A DNA stretch of 64,000 bases from an uncultured Rhodospirillales bacterium (lineage in GTDB: Bacteria; Pseudomonadota; Alphaproteobacteria; UBA9219; RGZA01): the NCBI GenBank assembly GCA_964568585.1, contig CAZMQI010000003.1:32975-96974 (forward strand), written 5' to 3'. Below are positions 21,254 to 31,883 of this stretch, one piece after another; position 1 is the first letter of the stretch, and each line of letters starts with the position of its first letter. The notes beneath the pieces were generated by a model. That model was not told the origin of the DNA and searched no databases. It saw only the letters and a list, made by a program, of their open reading frames with translations. Both the position numbers and the translations under genes were made by a program.

Positions 21254-22723
21254 TTGCCTTTGGCCACTTGCTTTCAAATGGGGAAAACTTTACTTTACGG
21301 GCGTTCCCCTCATAGCTTGGTTATACCCTTGTTCCGGTTACTCGTCCTGCTTTGTCTTAATGTGTTTTTGGCTTTGTCTGTAATGGCGCCCGCCCTTGCA
21401 GATGACCCAAACCAACAGGCCAACCGTACCTTCACCGAAGCAATGCAGCTTATTCGCCGTGCAGGCGCAACCTATGATACGCGCGAAGCAGTACGCTTGC
21501 TGCGCGGTGCGGATAAATCATTGAAGAAAATCGTCAATGATTATCCTGAAAGCACGATTGCGGTGCAGCTCATCACCAATCAATTCATCGGCGATTTCGA
21601 TATTATGGATTTCCGCAGCCGTATCCGCAGCCTGTCATGCGAACGCGGTAATTATGTAGAGGATTTCTTGGCTGAGCACGGCATTGCGACAGCAACCGGC
21701 CCATCGACCGATGCGTGTTTCCTTTACCGCATCGAAACCCTGCTGCCACCTTTGGAACACCCCATCGTCAATGCACGCTGGGATTGGCTTTCATTGGGTG
21801 TTTCCTATCATATCCTTGGCCAGCCAGATCGCGCCCGCGATATCATCCTTCCATTCCTCAACGCACTTATGACCAAGAACAAGGTGAATGACAATCAAGA
21901 GTCACTCATGTTTCTTGCTAGGGCAATGATGCTGATTGGAGAAAAGGATCAGGCGTACAAGATTTCACAACGCATCAGCGATTGTTCATCCAAGCTTTAT
22001 AACCTGATGGATATGACCAAGCAGGCAATATGGAATAATAACATGGTAGGGGCGCGCCAATACGCGGATCAGGCGCGCGATTACGTCGAAGACAACCAAT
22101 GCAGCTGGCAAAAAGGCATTGTTGCGCAGGCACTGAAACTGACCGATCGCGAAGCGGAAGGTAAGAAGATTTATGACGCAATCGAAGCCGAGCAATTCAC
22201 CAATGTGAAAACTGAAAACCGTGATGAAAGTACACCGCCTGAGTTGGCCGTAGCTGCCGCAGCGATGGGCGACCCTGAAACTGCGTTCAATATGCTGCGT
22301 ATTGTGATGGAACAAAACCCATGGACGATTTCAGCAGCAATTGAAGAATTGGGTAAGCGCGGGGAATTCGACGTAACCGAAACCTTCATCAACGATTTAA
22401 GGGGCATTGACCAAAAAGCCGAAGCCTATGCAACCCTGGTTGAAATGGCTGTGCGCCGTAACGATATCAAGCGTGCGATAGCAGTAATCGGCAAATTGAA
22501 TAATCTGCGTGTCAGCCCAAGCCAACCGGATCAGCAAGCGCTTATTCTGGCGATGCGTGCAAGAGCCGAAAAAGATTTATATAAGGACGAGCGTTGGCGC
22601 GATACGATGCAGACCACGCTTAACACCGCTGACCTTGTCGATGAAAGCAAGCGCAGCCAAGTGGCATTGCCGCTCATAGCGACGCTTGCCTATATCAAGA
22701 GTGGCAACCCGCTGCTTGACTAA
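21254..22723 (+). CDS. Hypothetical secreted protein, helical-repeat rich (TPR-like)
   Basis: 489 aa with an N-terminal hydrophobic signal. No catalytic motif. Confidence 0.45.
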   Translation: MPLATCFQMGKTLLYGRSPHSLVIPLFRLLVLLCLNVFLALSVMAPALADDPNQQANRTFTEAMQLIRRAGATYDTREAVRLLRGADKSLKKIVNDYPESTIAVQLITNQFIGDFDIMDFRSRIRSLSCERGNYVEDFLAEHGIATATGPSTDACFLYRIETLLPPLEHPIVNARWDWLSLGVSYHILGQPDRARDIILPFLNALMTKNKVNDNQESLMFLARAMMLIGEKDQAYKISQRISDCSSKLYNLMDMTKQAIWNNNMVGARQYADQARDYVEDNQCSWQKGIVAQALKLTDREAEGKKIYDAIEAEQFTNVKTENRDESTPPELAVAAAAMGDPETAFNMLRIVMEQNPWTISAAIEELGKRGEFDVTETFINDLRGIDQKAEAYATLVEMAVRRNDIKRAIAVIGKLNNLRVSPSQPDQQALILAMRARAEKDLYKDERWRDTMQTTLNTADLVDESKRSQVALPLIATLAYIKSGNPLLD

Positions 22724-23084
22724 GAGCCGCACGTTTTAACCATGCTCGTGTGCAATATAGCTGATATTCCCCATATAAATCAGAGTGCTAATTAAGCCCC
22801 GCCGTTAACCAGCTTCCTTAATTCATACTTAACCAGTATGGAATATAGTAGGCGCATAAAAACTATAAAAAACTTTATGTATTTTGGAGGGCTTATGTAT
22901 ATCGAACAAGAAGAGAAAACAGGGCTTCAGAAAACACTCATTGCTTTGAATGCCGCCTGCGCCACCATCTTCCGCGTATCAGGAAAAACTATAAAGTTCT
23001 TGGTTCGCTTCCTTGCTGGCGAGCCAAACCAGAACAGCCGCAGCCATAGAGACGTGAACTCGTAACTAGGCACGTATGCGGTAA

Positions 23085-23125
23085 TAAAAAAACCCTGCCG
23101 GAATGTGGCAGGGTTTTGTGTTTTT
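23085..23125. terminator. Bidirectional rho-independent terminator downstream of petC
   Basis: Hairpin ccctgcc-ggaatgt-ggcaggg flanked by an A-run and a T-run. Confidence 0.55.
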
Positions 23126-23142
23126 GGGATTAAGGAAAGACC

Positions 23143-23916
23143 TTAATGTAAGTCACGCCACAGGCTGCGTTTCGCGGCATAGAAAATACCAGCCATCACG
23201 AGTAAGAAGATGATTGCGCGTGCGCCCAGACGTTTTCTGTCTTCCATATGTGGTTCTGCCGCCCATGCGAGGAACTGCGTAACGTCCTTGGACATTTGTT
23301 CCTTGGTTGCCTTGGTACCGTCGCTATAGCTCACCAAATCATCACCTGAAAGGGGGGATGGCATTGCAATTTGATAGCCAGGAAACACGTCATTGTAACT
23401 CATGCCCGACATCAATTTAATGTCTTCTGGCGCAGTGCCATAGCCTGTGAGGAGGGAGTAGATATAATCTTCACCGCTGTGGCGTGCCTTCACGATAAGC
23501 GATAAATCCGGCGGGTATGCGCCATTATTAGCTGCACGTGCAGCCTTTTCATTGGCGAATGGTGCCTTGAAGCGATCGGATGGTAATGCGGGGCGTTCGA
23601 ACATCGCACCTTCATCATTTGGGCCATCGGTCACGGTATATTCGGAAGCAATCGCCTTCACTTCGGCTTCGTTATAGCCGATGGATGCGAGATTGCGATA
23701 GCTGAGCAGGTTCATGGAATGGCATGCTGCACATACTTGCTTGTACACAAGGAAGCCGCGTTGCAATGCGCCGCGGTCATAGGTTCCAAAAAGTCCTGAT
23801 TGCGGCCAGCCGCCTTCAGGGGTGCGAAGATGATGTCCTTCTTCTGCCCATGCAGGTGCTGATACCAAAGTTATCGCTAATGCGAAGACTGCAAATACAC
23901 GTTTCATAATTCTCAA
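23143..23916 (-). CDS. petC: Cytochrome c1 (bc1 complex)
   Basis: Signal peptide, haem motif CAACHSM, C-terminal TM anchor. Confidence 0.9.
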   Translation of the reverse strand: MRIMKRVFAVFALAITLVSAPAWAEEGHHLRTPEGGWPQSGLFGTYDRGALQRGFLVYKQVCAACHSMNLLSYRNLASIGYNEAEVKAIASEYTVTDGPNDEGAMFERPALPSDRFKAPFANEKAARAANNGAYPPDLSLIVKARHSGEDYIYSLLTGYGTAPEDIKLMSGMSYNDVFPGYQIAMPSPLSGDDLVSYSDGTKATKEQMSKDVTQFLAWAAEPHMEDRKRLGARAIIFLLVMAGIFYAAKRSLWRDLH

Positions 23917-23926
23917 ACTCCAGATC

Positions 23927-25198
23927 TTATTTTTTATCAGCTAAAATGGCTTCGTGGATGCTGGGTGGCAGCGGCAAGGTTTTTTCATGCTTGTTCAGCA
24001 ACGGCAGCACGATGAGGTAATGCGCGAAGTACAAGAAGGTGCATACCTGGCTGGTGATGGTGTACCAACCTTCAGGTGGTTTTGCGCCCATAAACCCAAG
24101 CGTGATGCACACTGCCATATGTAGCCAGAAAAATTTCTGATACAGCGGGCGGAAACGCGCCGAGCGAACAGGGGATGTATCAAGCCAAGGCAGGATGAAC
24201 AGCATCGCGATTGAACCAAACATCAACAACACGCCACCAAGCTTGGAAGAGATGATGATGATGTCCGTGAATGGAATGACGATGTCGATGGTGAAGGAAC
24301 GCAAAATTGCGTAGAAGGGCAGGAAGTACCATTCTGGAACGATGTGCGCTGGTGTTACCATCGGGTTGGCTGGCGTATAGTTATCAGGATGACCCATATA
24401 GTTTGGTGCGTAGAATACGAACGCCGCGTACACGATTAAGAATACGCACAGACCAAACAAATCCTTCACGGTGTAATACGGGCTGAACGGAACGGTGTCT
24501 TTGTCCGATTTTGGTTCAATGCCCAGCGGGTTGTTAGAACCCGATACGTGCAAGGCCGCGATATGCAGGAACACAACGCCAAGGATAACGAATGGCATCA
24601 GGAAATGCAGCGCAAAGAAGCGGGTCAGGGTTGGATTATCAACCGAAAAACCGCCCCACAGCCATGTCACAATGGTATCGCCCACCAGTGGAATAGCACT
24701 GAACAGATTGGTAATAACGGTTGCGCCCCAAAAGCTCATTTGGCCCCAAGGTAGCACATAACCCATGAACGCGGTTGCCATCATCAGCAGCAAAATCAAC
24801 ACGCCCAAAATCCACAATAATTCGCGTGGCTGTTTATATGATCCGTAATACAGGCCGCGGAAGATGTGGATGTAAACGGCAATGAAGAACATGGATGCAC
24901 CGTTCATGTGGATGTAACGGATGAGCCATCCGTAATCCACATCGCGCATGATGCGTTCAACGATATTGAAGGACAGTTTGGTGTCTGCCGTGTAATGCAT
25001 CGCCAGCACAAGTCCGGATGCAATCATCACCATCAGCATCACCATGGCAATCGCGCCAAAGTTCCACAGGTAATTGAAATTGCGCGGTGTTGGGAATACG
25101 CCGTATTCCTTTTGCATCATGGTGAAAACGGGCAGGCGACGATCAATCCAGTTGATGACGGGATTGCCAAAATCGGTTGGAGTTGTGTTACCGGACAT
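23927..25198 (-). CDS. petB: Cytochrome b (bc1 complex)
   Basis: 423 aa, polytopic, with conserved His pairs and cytochrome b N- and C-domains. Confidence 0.95.
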   Translation of the reverse strand: MSGNTTPTDFGNPVINWIDRRLPVFTMMQKEYGVFPTPRNFNYLWNFGAIAMVMLMVMIASGLVLAMHYTADTKLSFNIVERIMRDVDYGWLIRYIHMNGASMFFIAVYIHIFRGLYYGSYKQPRELLWILGVLILLLMMATAFMGYVLPWGQMSFWGATVITNLFSAIPLVGDTIVTWLWGGFSVDNPTLTRFFALHFLMPFVILGVVFLHIAALHVSGSNNPLGIEPKSDKDTVPFSPYYTVKDLFGLCVFLIVYAAFVFYAPNYMGHPDNYTPANPMVTPAHIVPEWYFLPFYAILRSFTIDIVIPFTDIIIISSKLGGVLLMFGSIAMLFILPWLDTSPVRSARFRPLYQKFFWLHMAVCITLGFMGAKPPEGWYTITSQVCTFLYFAHYLIVLPLLNKHEKTLPLPPSIHEAILADKK

Positions 25199-25225
25199 AG
25201 AAAATTCCTTTAGTGAATTGAAGAC

Positions 25226-25855
25226 TTAACCGATGCGAATGCGGTTTTCTGAAAGAAATGAGTAGGCGGGGATAGCAAGGTTCGTTGGTGCCGGGCCTTT
25301 GCGGATGCGGCCTGCGCTGTCATAATGCGAACCATGGCATGGACAGAACCAGCCCTCGAAATCACCATGCATATCGGTTGGTTTTTGACCCATCGGCACG
25401 CAACCCAAATGGGTGCACACGCCAACCATTACCAACCATTGCGGCATCTCTTTTCCGCCAAAGGCTGATTGCTTGACGCGTTCGGCATCTTTTTGCTTAT
25501 CGCGTAGGCCAGCGAATGTAGATGCATCATCATCAACCTTGCGCGCTGATTCAATATCGGCAGCAGTACGGCGGCGAATGAACACAGGCTTGCCGCGCCA
25601 CATCACGGTGACAGCTTGGCCTTCCTGAATGTGTGATAAATCAACTTCTGTGGTCGACAGCGCAAGGGTGTCTTTGGCAGGGCCTAGTGTTGCAACAAAT
25701 GGCCAAGCGACCACCCCTGTTCCAACGGCTGCCATTGATGCGGCAGATATGAAGATGAAATCGCGCTTGCTTTGGTCGGTGCTTTCATCGTGGCTATCTT
25801 GACCATGATTACAATTTGGACCATGAGAATGTGATCCAGAAGAGGAACTACCCAT
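25226..25855 (-). CDS. petA: Ubiquinol-cytochrome c reductase Rieske iron-sulfur subunit
   Basis: Motifs CTHLGCVP and CPCHGSHYD. Start set at the Met at 25855, which has a GGAG 11 nt upstream. The ORF runs further, to 25960. Confidence 0.9.
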   Translation of the reverse strand: MGSSSSGSHSHGPNCNHGQDSHDESTDQSKRDFIFISAASMAAVGTGVVAWPFVATLGPAKDTLALSTTEVDLSHIQEGQAVTVMWRGKPVFIRRRTAADIESARKVDDDASTFAGLRDKQKDAERVKQSAFGGKEMPQWLVMVGVCTHLGCVPMGQKPTDMHGDFEGWFCPCHGSHYDSAGRIRKGPAPTNLAIPAYSFLSENRIRIG

Positions 25856-26013
25856 ACGTATTAAACTCCGAAAATCATATATAGTGTGTGATGGCAAATA
25901 TATGCACGCAAAACGCTTTAATTCCAAGCGCAACATCAATAATATAGGCAAATAAAGCATTATTTGTGCTCGCCGTCGCCTTTATGAAACAACCACACAA
26001 GGAAAGACTCGAA

Positions 26014-27681
26014 ATGGCCTCCTCCATCGACCTCGACATTGCCCAGAAAACCCCGCTCGTGCCAATTGAAACAATTGCCGAAAAATTGGGCATACCGATG
26101 GATGCGCTTTTTCGTTACGGACATACCAAGGCGAAGATTGACCTTGGCTGGCTCAAAAAAATGCCGGAACGCAAGGCAAAGTTGGTGTTGGTAACGGCGA
26201 TTAATCCCACGGCTGCGGGCGAAGGCAAAACCACCACAACCATCGGTCTTGGTGATGCGCTGACATTGATTGGTAAAAAGACCGTGATTGCGCTGCGTGA
26301 ACCATCATTGGGGCCTTGCTTTGGGATGAAGGGCGGGGCAACGGGGGGAGGTTACGCACAAGTCGGCCCGATGGAAGAAATCAATTTGCATTTCACGGGT
26401 GATTTTCATGCCATCACTTCTGCCCACAATTTGCTCGCCGCGCTACTCGATAATCACATGTATTGGGGAAATTCCCTGAACGTTGATACGCGCAAAATAA
26501 ATTTGAAACGTGCGATGGATATGAATGACCGCGCGCTTCGTCAAACCGTGGTGGGGCTTGGTAATAACGGAATTCCGCGCGAAGACGGGTTTGATATCAC
26601 CGTCGCATCGGAAGTCATGGCGATTTTCTGTCTGGCCAAAGATGCGGATGATTTAAAGGCACGCCTTGACCGAATGGTGGTCGCACAAAAGCAAGGTGGA
26701 GGCGTCATTACCGCAGCCGATTTAAAGGCAACTGGCGCCATGGCTGCCCTATTGAAAGACGCATTAAATCCCAATTTAGTGCAGTCTTTGGAAGGTACGC
26801 CTGCCTTCATCCATGGTGGGCCATTCGCCAATATCGCGCATGGGTGTAACAGTGCGATTGCAACACATGCCGCGATGAAACTGGGTGATTATGTGGTGAC
26901 CGAAGCCGGCTTTGGTGCGGATTTGGGCGCAGAAAAATTTCTGGATATCAAATGCAGACAATCGGGTTTGAAACCGGATGCTTGCGTGGTGGTTGCAACC
27001 ATCCGCGCGCTGAAACTGCATGGCGGCGTTTTAAAAACCGATTTGGGAAGCGAAGATACGGATGCGGTGAAACGTGGCCTTACCAATCTGCAACGTCATG
27101 TGGAGAACATGAAGAAATTTGGCCTGCCCGTAGTAGTCGCCATCAATCACTTCACATCCGATACGCCTGCTGAAAGCAAAGTGGTGGAAGATGCATGCAA
27201 GGCAATGGGTGTGCCTGTCCATCTGTGCACCCATTGGGGTGATGGCGGGAAGGGCGCTAAAGCATTGGCAGAAACCGTTGTAAAATTGGCCGAAAGCGGC
27301 GTAAGCCAATTCAAGCCGATTTATGATGACAGCCTGTCATTAAAGGATAAAATCAAAACCATCGCGCAAACAATCTACCGCGCCAAAGACGTGGCGATTG
27401 ATGCGAAAGCTGCCAAAAAACTGGAACAGTTTGAAAAAGACGGCTACGGAAAACTGTCCATCTGCATTGCCAAAACGCAATATAGTTTTTCATCCGACCC
27501 AACACTCATGGGCGCACCGGAAGGATTCACATTCCCCATTCGTGATGTACGATTAAGCGCAGGCGCAGGATTTGTGGTTGCATTGGCGGGGGATATTATG
27601 ACCATGCCCGGCTTGCCGCGCGAACCGGCTGCTGAAAAAATCGGCGTTGGGGCGGACGGAAAAATTTTTGGATTATTCTAA
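26014..27681 (+). CDS. fhs: Formate--tetrahydrofolate ligase
   Basis: About 556 aa. P-loop region TPAGEGKTT. Met at 26014 preceded by AAGGAAAG. Confidence 0.9.
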   Translation: MASSIDLDIAQKTPLVPIETIAEKLGIPMDALFRYGHTKAKIDLGWLKKMPERKAKLVLVTAINPTAAGEGKTTTTIGLGDALTLIGKKTVIALREPSLGPCFGMKGGATGGGYAQVGPMEEINLHFTGDFHAITSAHNLLAALLDNHMYWGNSLNVDTRKINLKRAMDMNDRALRQTVVGLGNNGIPREDGFDITVASEVMAIFCLAKDADDLKARLDRMVVAQKQGGGVITAADLKATGAMAALLKDALNPNLVQSLEGTPAFIHGGPFANIAHGCNSAIATHAAMKLGDYVVTEAGFGADLGAEKFLDIKCRQSGLKPDACVVVATIRALKLHGGVLKTDLGSEDTDAVKRGLTNLQRHVENMKKFGLPVVVAINHFTSDTPAESKVVEDACKAMGVPVHLCTHWGDGGKGAKALAETVVKLAESGVSQFKPIYDDSLSLKDKIKTIAQTIYRAKDVAIDAKAAKKLEQFEKDGYGKLSICIAKTQYSFSSDPTLMGAPEGFTFPIRDVRLSAGAGFVVALAGDIMTMPGLPREPAAEKIGVGADGKIFGLF

Positions 27682-27693
27682 TAAGGAGTTGCT

Positions 27694-27885
27694 ATGCCAT
27701 TCGTGAATGTAAAAATTACCAAGACAGGTGTCACCAAAGACCAGAAACGCGAAATCGTCGAAGGCATCACCGATACCTTGTCGCGCGTTCTCAATAAACG
27801 TCCCGAAGCTACCCACATCGTGATTGAAGAAGTAGAGCTCGAAAACTGGGGCGTTAACCGTAAGCTGGTTGCTGATAAGACCTAA
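27694..27885 (+). CDS. 4-oxalocrotonate tautomerase family protein
   Basis: 63 aa with the N-terminal MPFVNVK motif (Pro1 catalytic). Confidence 0.7.
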   Translation: MPFVNVKITKTGVTKDQKREIVEGITDTLSRVLNKRPEATHIVIEEVELENWGVNRKLVADKT

Positions 27886-27997
27886 ACAGCAGCCATCATG
27901 CCGCGTAGCACGAATGGAAGAATACCGCCATTAGCGTAGTATTCGACTTCATCTGCGGTATTGATGCGGCATTTGAATAGTGCCTGACGGTTTTGTC
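27881..27997 (-). pseudogene. Detached 3' remnant of an aconitase gene (last ~38 codons, intact frame)
   Basis: Minus-strand translation KRIKRQNRQALFKCRINTADEVEYYANGGILPFVLRGMMAAV* aligns with the acnA C-terminus (QDRQIPLKCRIDTADEVEYYANGGILPFVLRGMMAA*). Roughly 90% nucleotide identity to 28441-28535, and the differences are mostly synonymous. Confidence 0.6.
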
Positions 27998-27999
27998 GT

Positions 28000-28434
28000 T
28001 TAATCCTTTTTCAACAGCGATGATGAAATTGGCTTTAGTTTTTTCATAGGCGAGTGATGGCTTAGCTGGCGATCCTTTAAAAGGGATAGATAAACTTTAA
28101 ATGCAGCAATAAAGGCTGCTAATCCACAAACAAAGACGAATATCAAAAATACGTATTGTATAATTTCATTTTCACACAGAATTATATTCATTAGCCATGC
28201 ACGCCTCCCCATTAGAGGGCAGCTTTGGAATACACTAGTTGAGGCGACAAAAAATAGTGCGGCTGAGCCAGCCAAAAGATAAATTATAGAAAGCTTTTTT
28301 CCATATTTGGAGGCGCTGCTATTAAGCTTGTTATTGTAAATAAGAAAAAAATGATACCCTGTGCCTAACAGCAAAAAGCAAATAGTAGCCGATGAAAATA
28401 CCAGTTTCATCGGCTCTATCGAATATTCCAGCAT
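28000..28434 (-). CDS. Hypothetical polytopic membrane protein lying between acnA and its 3' remnant
   Basis: 144 aa with about 4 predicted TM segments. Flanked by the acnA stop (28441) and the acnA-like fragment (27881-27997). Confidence 0.45.
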   Translation of the reverse strand: MLEYSIEPMKLVFSSATICFLLLGTGYHFFLIYNNKLNSSASKYGKKLSIIYLLAGSAALFFVASTSVFQSCPLMGRRAWLMNIILCENEIIQYVFLIFVFVCGLAAFIAAFKVYLSLLKDRQLSHHSPMKKLKPISSSLLKKD

Positions 28435-28440
28435 GCTATT

Positions 28441-31182
28441 TTAAGCAGCCATCATGCCGCGTAGCACGAAGGGTAGAATACCGCCATTGGCGTAGTATTC
28501 GACTTCATCCGCGGTATCGATGCGGCATTTAAGCGGGATTTGACGGTCTTGCGTTCCAGCTTTCGAGATGGTCAGGAATAATTCCATCCCCGCCTTCAAA
28601 CCTTTTTCGATACCGATGATGGATAAATCTTCCGAACCATCCAGTTTCAAATCAGCACGGGTCATGCCGTTCTTGAATTCAAGCGGCAACACGCCCATAC
28701 CCACCAAATTGCTGCGGTGAATACGTTCAAAGCTTTCGGCGATTACAGCGCGCACGCCCAGCAGCTTGGTGCCTTTGGCGGCCCAATCGCGGCTAGAACC
28801 CGTGCCGTATTCTTTACCAGCAATAATCATCAATGGAACATTGGCGGCGATATAACGCATTGCTGCATCATAAATCGGCATGGTCTCTCCTGTTGGCAGA
28901 TATTTGGTAATACCGCCTTCGGTGCCCGGCAATAATTCATTCTTGATACGAATATTGGCGAATGTACCTCGCATCATGATTTCGTGATTACCACGGCGTG
29001 CACCGTACGAATTGAAATCTTCCTTGGTCACTTTGTGTTCGACCAGATATGCGCCTGCTGGGCTTTTAATCGTGATGTCGCCTGCGGGGGAGATGTGGTC
29101 GGTGGTGATGCTATCTGCAAATACCGCTAATGGTTTTGCGCGCAAAATATCCATCACCTTGGTTGGTTGTTTCTGCATGCCTTCGAAAAGTGGCGGATGT
29201 TTTACGTATGTTGAAATTGGATCCCATTGATAGGTAAGACCCGTTGCGGTCTTCACTTTTTGCCATTCTTCTGGGCCTTTGAACACATCGGCGTAGCGGT
29301 CATGGAACATTTTGGGTGTCAGGCATTTTTCAACGGTTTGTGCAACCTCGGCATTGCTTGGCCAAATATCTTTCAAGAATACCGGCTTGCCATCGCGGCC
29401 TGTGCCGATGGGATCTTTTTCAAAATCAATCGTCACGGTTCCAGTCAATGCATACACAACGCAAAGTGGTGGTGATGCAAGATAATTCGCTTTTGTTTGC
29501 GGGTTCACGCGGCCTTCGAAATTGCGGTTGCCGGAAAGCACGGCGGCAACAGCCAAGTTACCCTTGGTAATCGCAGCCGACACAGCTTCAGGGAGCGGGC
29601 CGGAATTACCGATGCAGGTTGTGCATCCATATCCCACCAAATTAAATCCAAGCATATCCAGCGGCATATCAAGGCCAGCGGCATGCAGATAATCGGTCAC
29701 GACTTGGCTGCCCGGTGCAAGCGAAGTCTTCACCCATGGCTTGACGGTCAATCCTTTCTCAACGGCTTTTTTCGCAACAAGGCCAGCTGCAACCATCACG
29801 CTGGGGTTTGATGTATTGGTGCATGATGTGATGGCGGCAATAACAACGTCACCATGGGTGACGGTGTAATCGGTACCTTCGACTTGGGTCTTCGTATTAC
29901 GTGCATCGCCTTCGATTTTGTATTTCTTCAAATCGTCTTCAAACGCTGCGGCAACCTTTGATAATGCAACGCGGTCTTGTGGCAAGCGCGGGCCAGCAAG
30001 GGATGGTTCAACCGTTGATAAATCAAGCTCCAGCGTATCGGTGAATTCCGGATCTGGTGTGGTTGCATCGCGCCACATGCCTTGTTCCTTGGCATATGCT
30101 TCCACCAAAGCAACACGGTCAGCATCACGGCAGGTGAAGTTCAAATAGCGAATGGTTTCTGCATCAATCGGGAAGATACCGCATGTCGCGCCGTATTCTG
30201 GCGCCATGTTGGCAATCGTCGCGCGGTCGGCAAGTGGAAGGGTATCAAGGCCAGGGCCAAAGAATTCAACGAATTTATTCACCACGCCTTTTTTACGCAG
30301 CATGTTGGTAACCGTCAGTACCAAGTCGGTTGCGGTGCAACCTTCTTTCAATTTGCCTTTCAATTTAAATCCGATAACTTCGGGAATAAGCATCGATGTC
30401 GGTTGGCCAAGCATGCATGCTTCTGCTTCAATACCGCCAACGCCCCAACCCAACACGCCAAGTCCGTTGACCATGGTGGTGTGGCTGTCGGTACCAACAA
30501 GCGTATCAGGATATGCAATCATCTTGCCGGTTTGGTCCTTATCGGTCCAAACAACTTGGGCAAGATATTCAACGTTTACTTGGTGGCAAATGCCAGTGCC
30601 CGGTGGAACCACGCGGAAATTTTCAAATGCTTGTTGGCCCCAACGTAGGAACGCATACCGTTCGCCGTTACGTTCGAATTCTTTGGCAACGTTATATGCA
30701 AATGCATTCTTGTCGCCGAATTTATCAACCATCACCGAGTGATCGATGACCAAATCAACGGCGCATAACGGGTTGACCGATTCAACATTGCCGCCAAAAC
30801 TTTTCACAGCTTCACGCATCGCAGCCAAATCCACCACGGCTGGAACGCCAGTGAAATCCTGCATCAGCACGCGCGCAGGACGGTATGCGATTTCGCGGTC
30901 ACTCTTTTTAGTTTTGATCCATTCGGCAATCGCCTTAATGTCATCCACGTTCACGGTGGTGCCGTTTTCAAAACGCAGCAAATTTTCCAAAAGGATTTTC
31001 AACGAATAGGGAAGGCCAGCGAGGCTGCCGATTTTTTGTTCAGCCGCTTTCAGACTGTAATAGTCATAGGTTTTGCCATTGGCAGTGAGAGTGCGGCGTG
31101 TAGCCAGCGTGTCATTTCCAGTGCGAAGAGCCATGAGAGAGCAACCTTTTGATGAGTGAGAGGCGGGATAATGAAGCCTCAC
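28441..31182 (-). CDS. acnA: Aconitate hydratase A
   Basis: 913 aa. Fe-S cluster cysteine motifs (ITSCTNTSNP and GCTTCIGNSG) and the aconitase swivel domain. An alternative start lies at 31134. Confidence 0.95.
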   Translation of the reverse strand: MRLHYPASHSSKGCSLMALRTGNDTLATRRTLTANGKTYDYYSLKAAEQKIGSLAGLPYSLKILLENLLRFENGTTVNVDDIKAIAEWIKTKKSDREIAYRPARVLMQDFTGVPAVVDLAAMREAVKSFGGNVESVNPLCAVDLVIDHSVMVDKFGDKNAFAYNVAKEFERNGERYAFLRWGQQAFENFRVVPPGTGICHQVNVEYLAQVVWTDKDQTGKMIAYPDTLVGTDSHTTMVNGLGVLGWGVGGIEAEACMLGQPTSMLIPEVIGFKLKGKLKEGCTATDLVLTVTNMLRKKGVVNKFVEFFGPGLDTLPLADRATIANMAPEYGATCGIFPIDAETIRYLNFTCRDADRVALVEAYAKEQGMWRDATTPDPEFTDTLELDLSTVEPSLAGPRLPQDRVALSKVAAAFEDDLKKYKIEGDARNTKTQVEGTDYTVTHGDVVIAAITSCTNTSNPSVMVAAGLVAKKAVEKGLTVKPWVKTSLAPGSQVVTDYLHAAGLDMPLDMLGFNLVGYGCTTCIGNSGPLPEAVSAAITKGNLAVAAVLSGNRNFEGRVNPQTKANYLASPPLCVVYALTGTVTIDFEKDPIGTGRDGKPVFLKDIWPSNAEVAQTVEKCLTPKMFHDRYADVFKGPEEWQKVKTATGLTYQWDPISTYVKHPPLFEGMQKQPTKVMDILRAKPLAVFADSITTDHISPAGDITIKSPAGAYLVEHKVTKEDFNSYGARRGNHEIMMRGTFANIRIKNELLPGTEGGITKYLPTGETMPIYDAAMRYIAANVPLMIIAGKEYGTGSSRDWAAKGTKLLGVRAVIAESFERIHRSNLVGMGVLPLEFKNGMTRADLKLDGSEDLSIIGIEKGLKAGMELFLTISKAGTQDRQIPLKCRIDTADEVEYYANGGILPFVLRGMMAA

Positions 31183-31423
31183 ATATAGTAGACGCGCGTT
31201 AAAGAGAGGTGAACGCCCGGCATATCGCTATGAAATCACTGGCATTCGTTCCGTTTGCGGTATTTGCAACTTCAGGCTGAAACCTTTTTAGGAATCTATT
31301 GCAGTATTAGTTTCAATGGCCTATATGAGTACTGCAACTGAATAGAAGGTTTTTAATTGCATGGCCGCTGCTGGCGATCCAGAAGACAATAATGATGGCG
31401 GGTTTCGCAACACCCAGCCAACC

Positions 31424-31825
31424 ATGACTCTTTCCTGGACAGAGCAGGATGAGATTTTGACCAACCTTTGGTCAAAGGGCGAAAAACCAGAATCAATCGC
31501 TGTTACGTTGAACCGTTCAGTTGCCGCCGTAATGACCAGAGCGGCGCGTCTTGGACTGCAGCGTCGTTTCGCACCCGGACGCAAGCCCAAGAAAACAGGT
31601 GATGCTGAAACTGGTCTTGCCAATCTTCGTAATGCCGCACGCCTTTCTGCACAATTGCAAACCACACCCGCACAGCTATCACACCGTATTTGTTTGATGT
31701 GTTTAAGCCGTTTCCAATCGCAGGGACGCCATAATCGCATTTGTGGCAATTGCAAAGGCTCACCTGAATATCGTTCCGCAGCCGGATTGCCAGATGTCGA
31801 CGTTTCATCGGGCGGCGGCGTCTAA
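31424..31825 (+). CDS. GcrA-family cell-cycle regulator-like protein
   Basis: N-terminus MTLSWTEQDEILTNLWSKGEKPESIAVTLNRSVAAVMTRAARLGL matches the GcrA DNA-binding domain. The C-terminus CLMCLSRF...RICGNC resembles the GcrA Cys-containing tail. The ORF is open from 31361. Confidence 0.6.
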   Translation: MTLSWTEQDEILTNLWSKGEKPESIAVTLNRSVAAVMTRAARLGLQRRFAPGRKPKKTGDAETGLANLRNAARLSAQLQTTPAQLSHRICLMCLSRFQSQGRHNRICGNCKGSPEYRSAAGLPDVDVSSGGGV

Positions 31826-31883
31826 TTAAGACGCAATTTACTCCTTAAGTTTTCTTAAACGAACCATCGCTAACTTTATTCAT

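Noticed and set aside
22838-23065. 75-aa ORF in the 420-bp gap between the TPR-like gene and the petC terminator
   Set aside because: It has no RBS, the region is AT-rich, and no motif was found. It may be non-coding, and a small RNA cannot be excluded. There is too little to call a feature.
31826-31883. TTAA-N7-TTTAC and TTAAG-N6-TTAA motifs upstream of the first icmL-like gene, as possible CtrA boxes
   Set aside because: Each is a half-site match with spacing off by one, in an AT-rich region. They are expected by chance.
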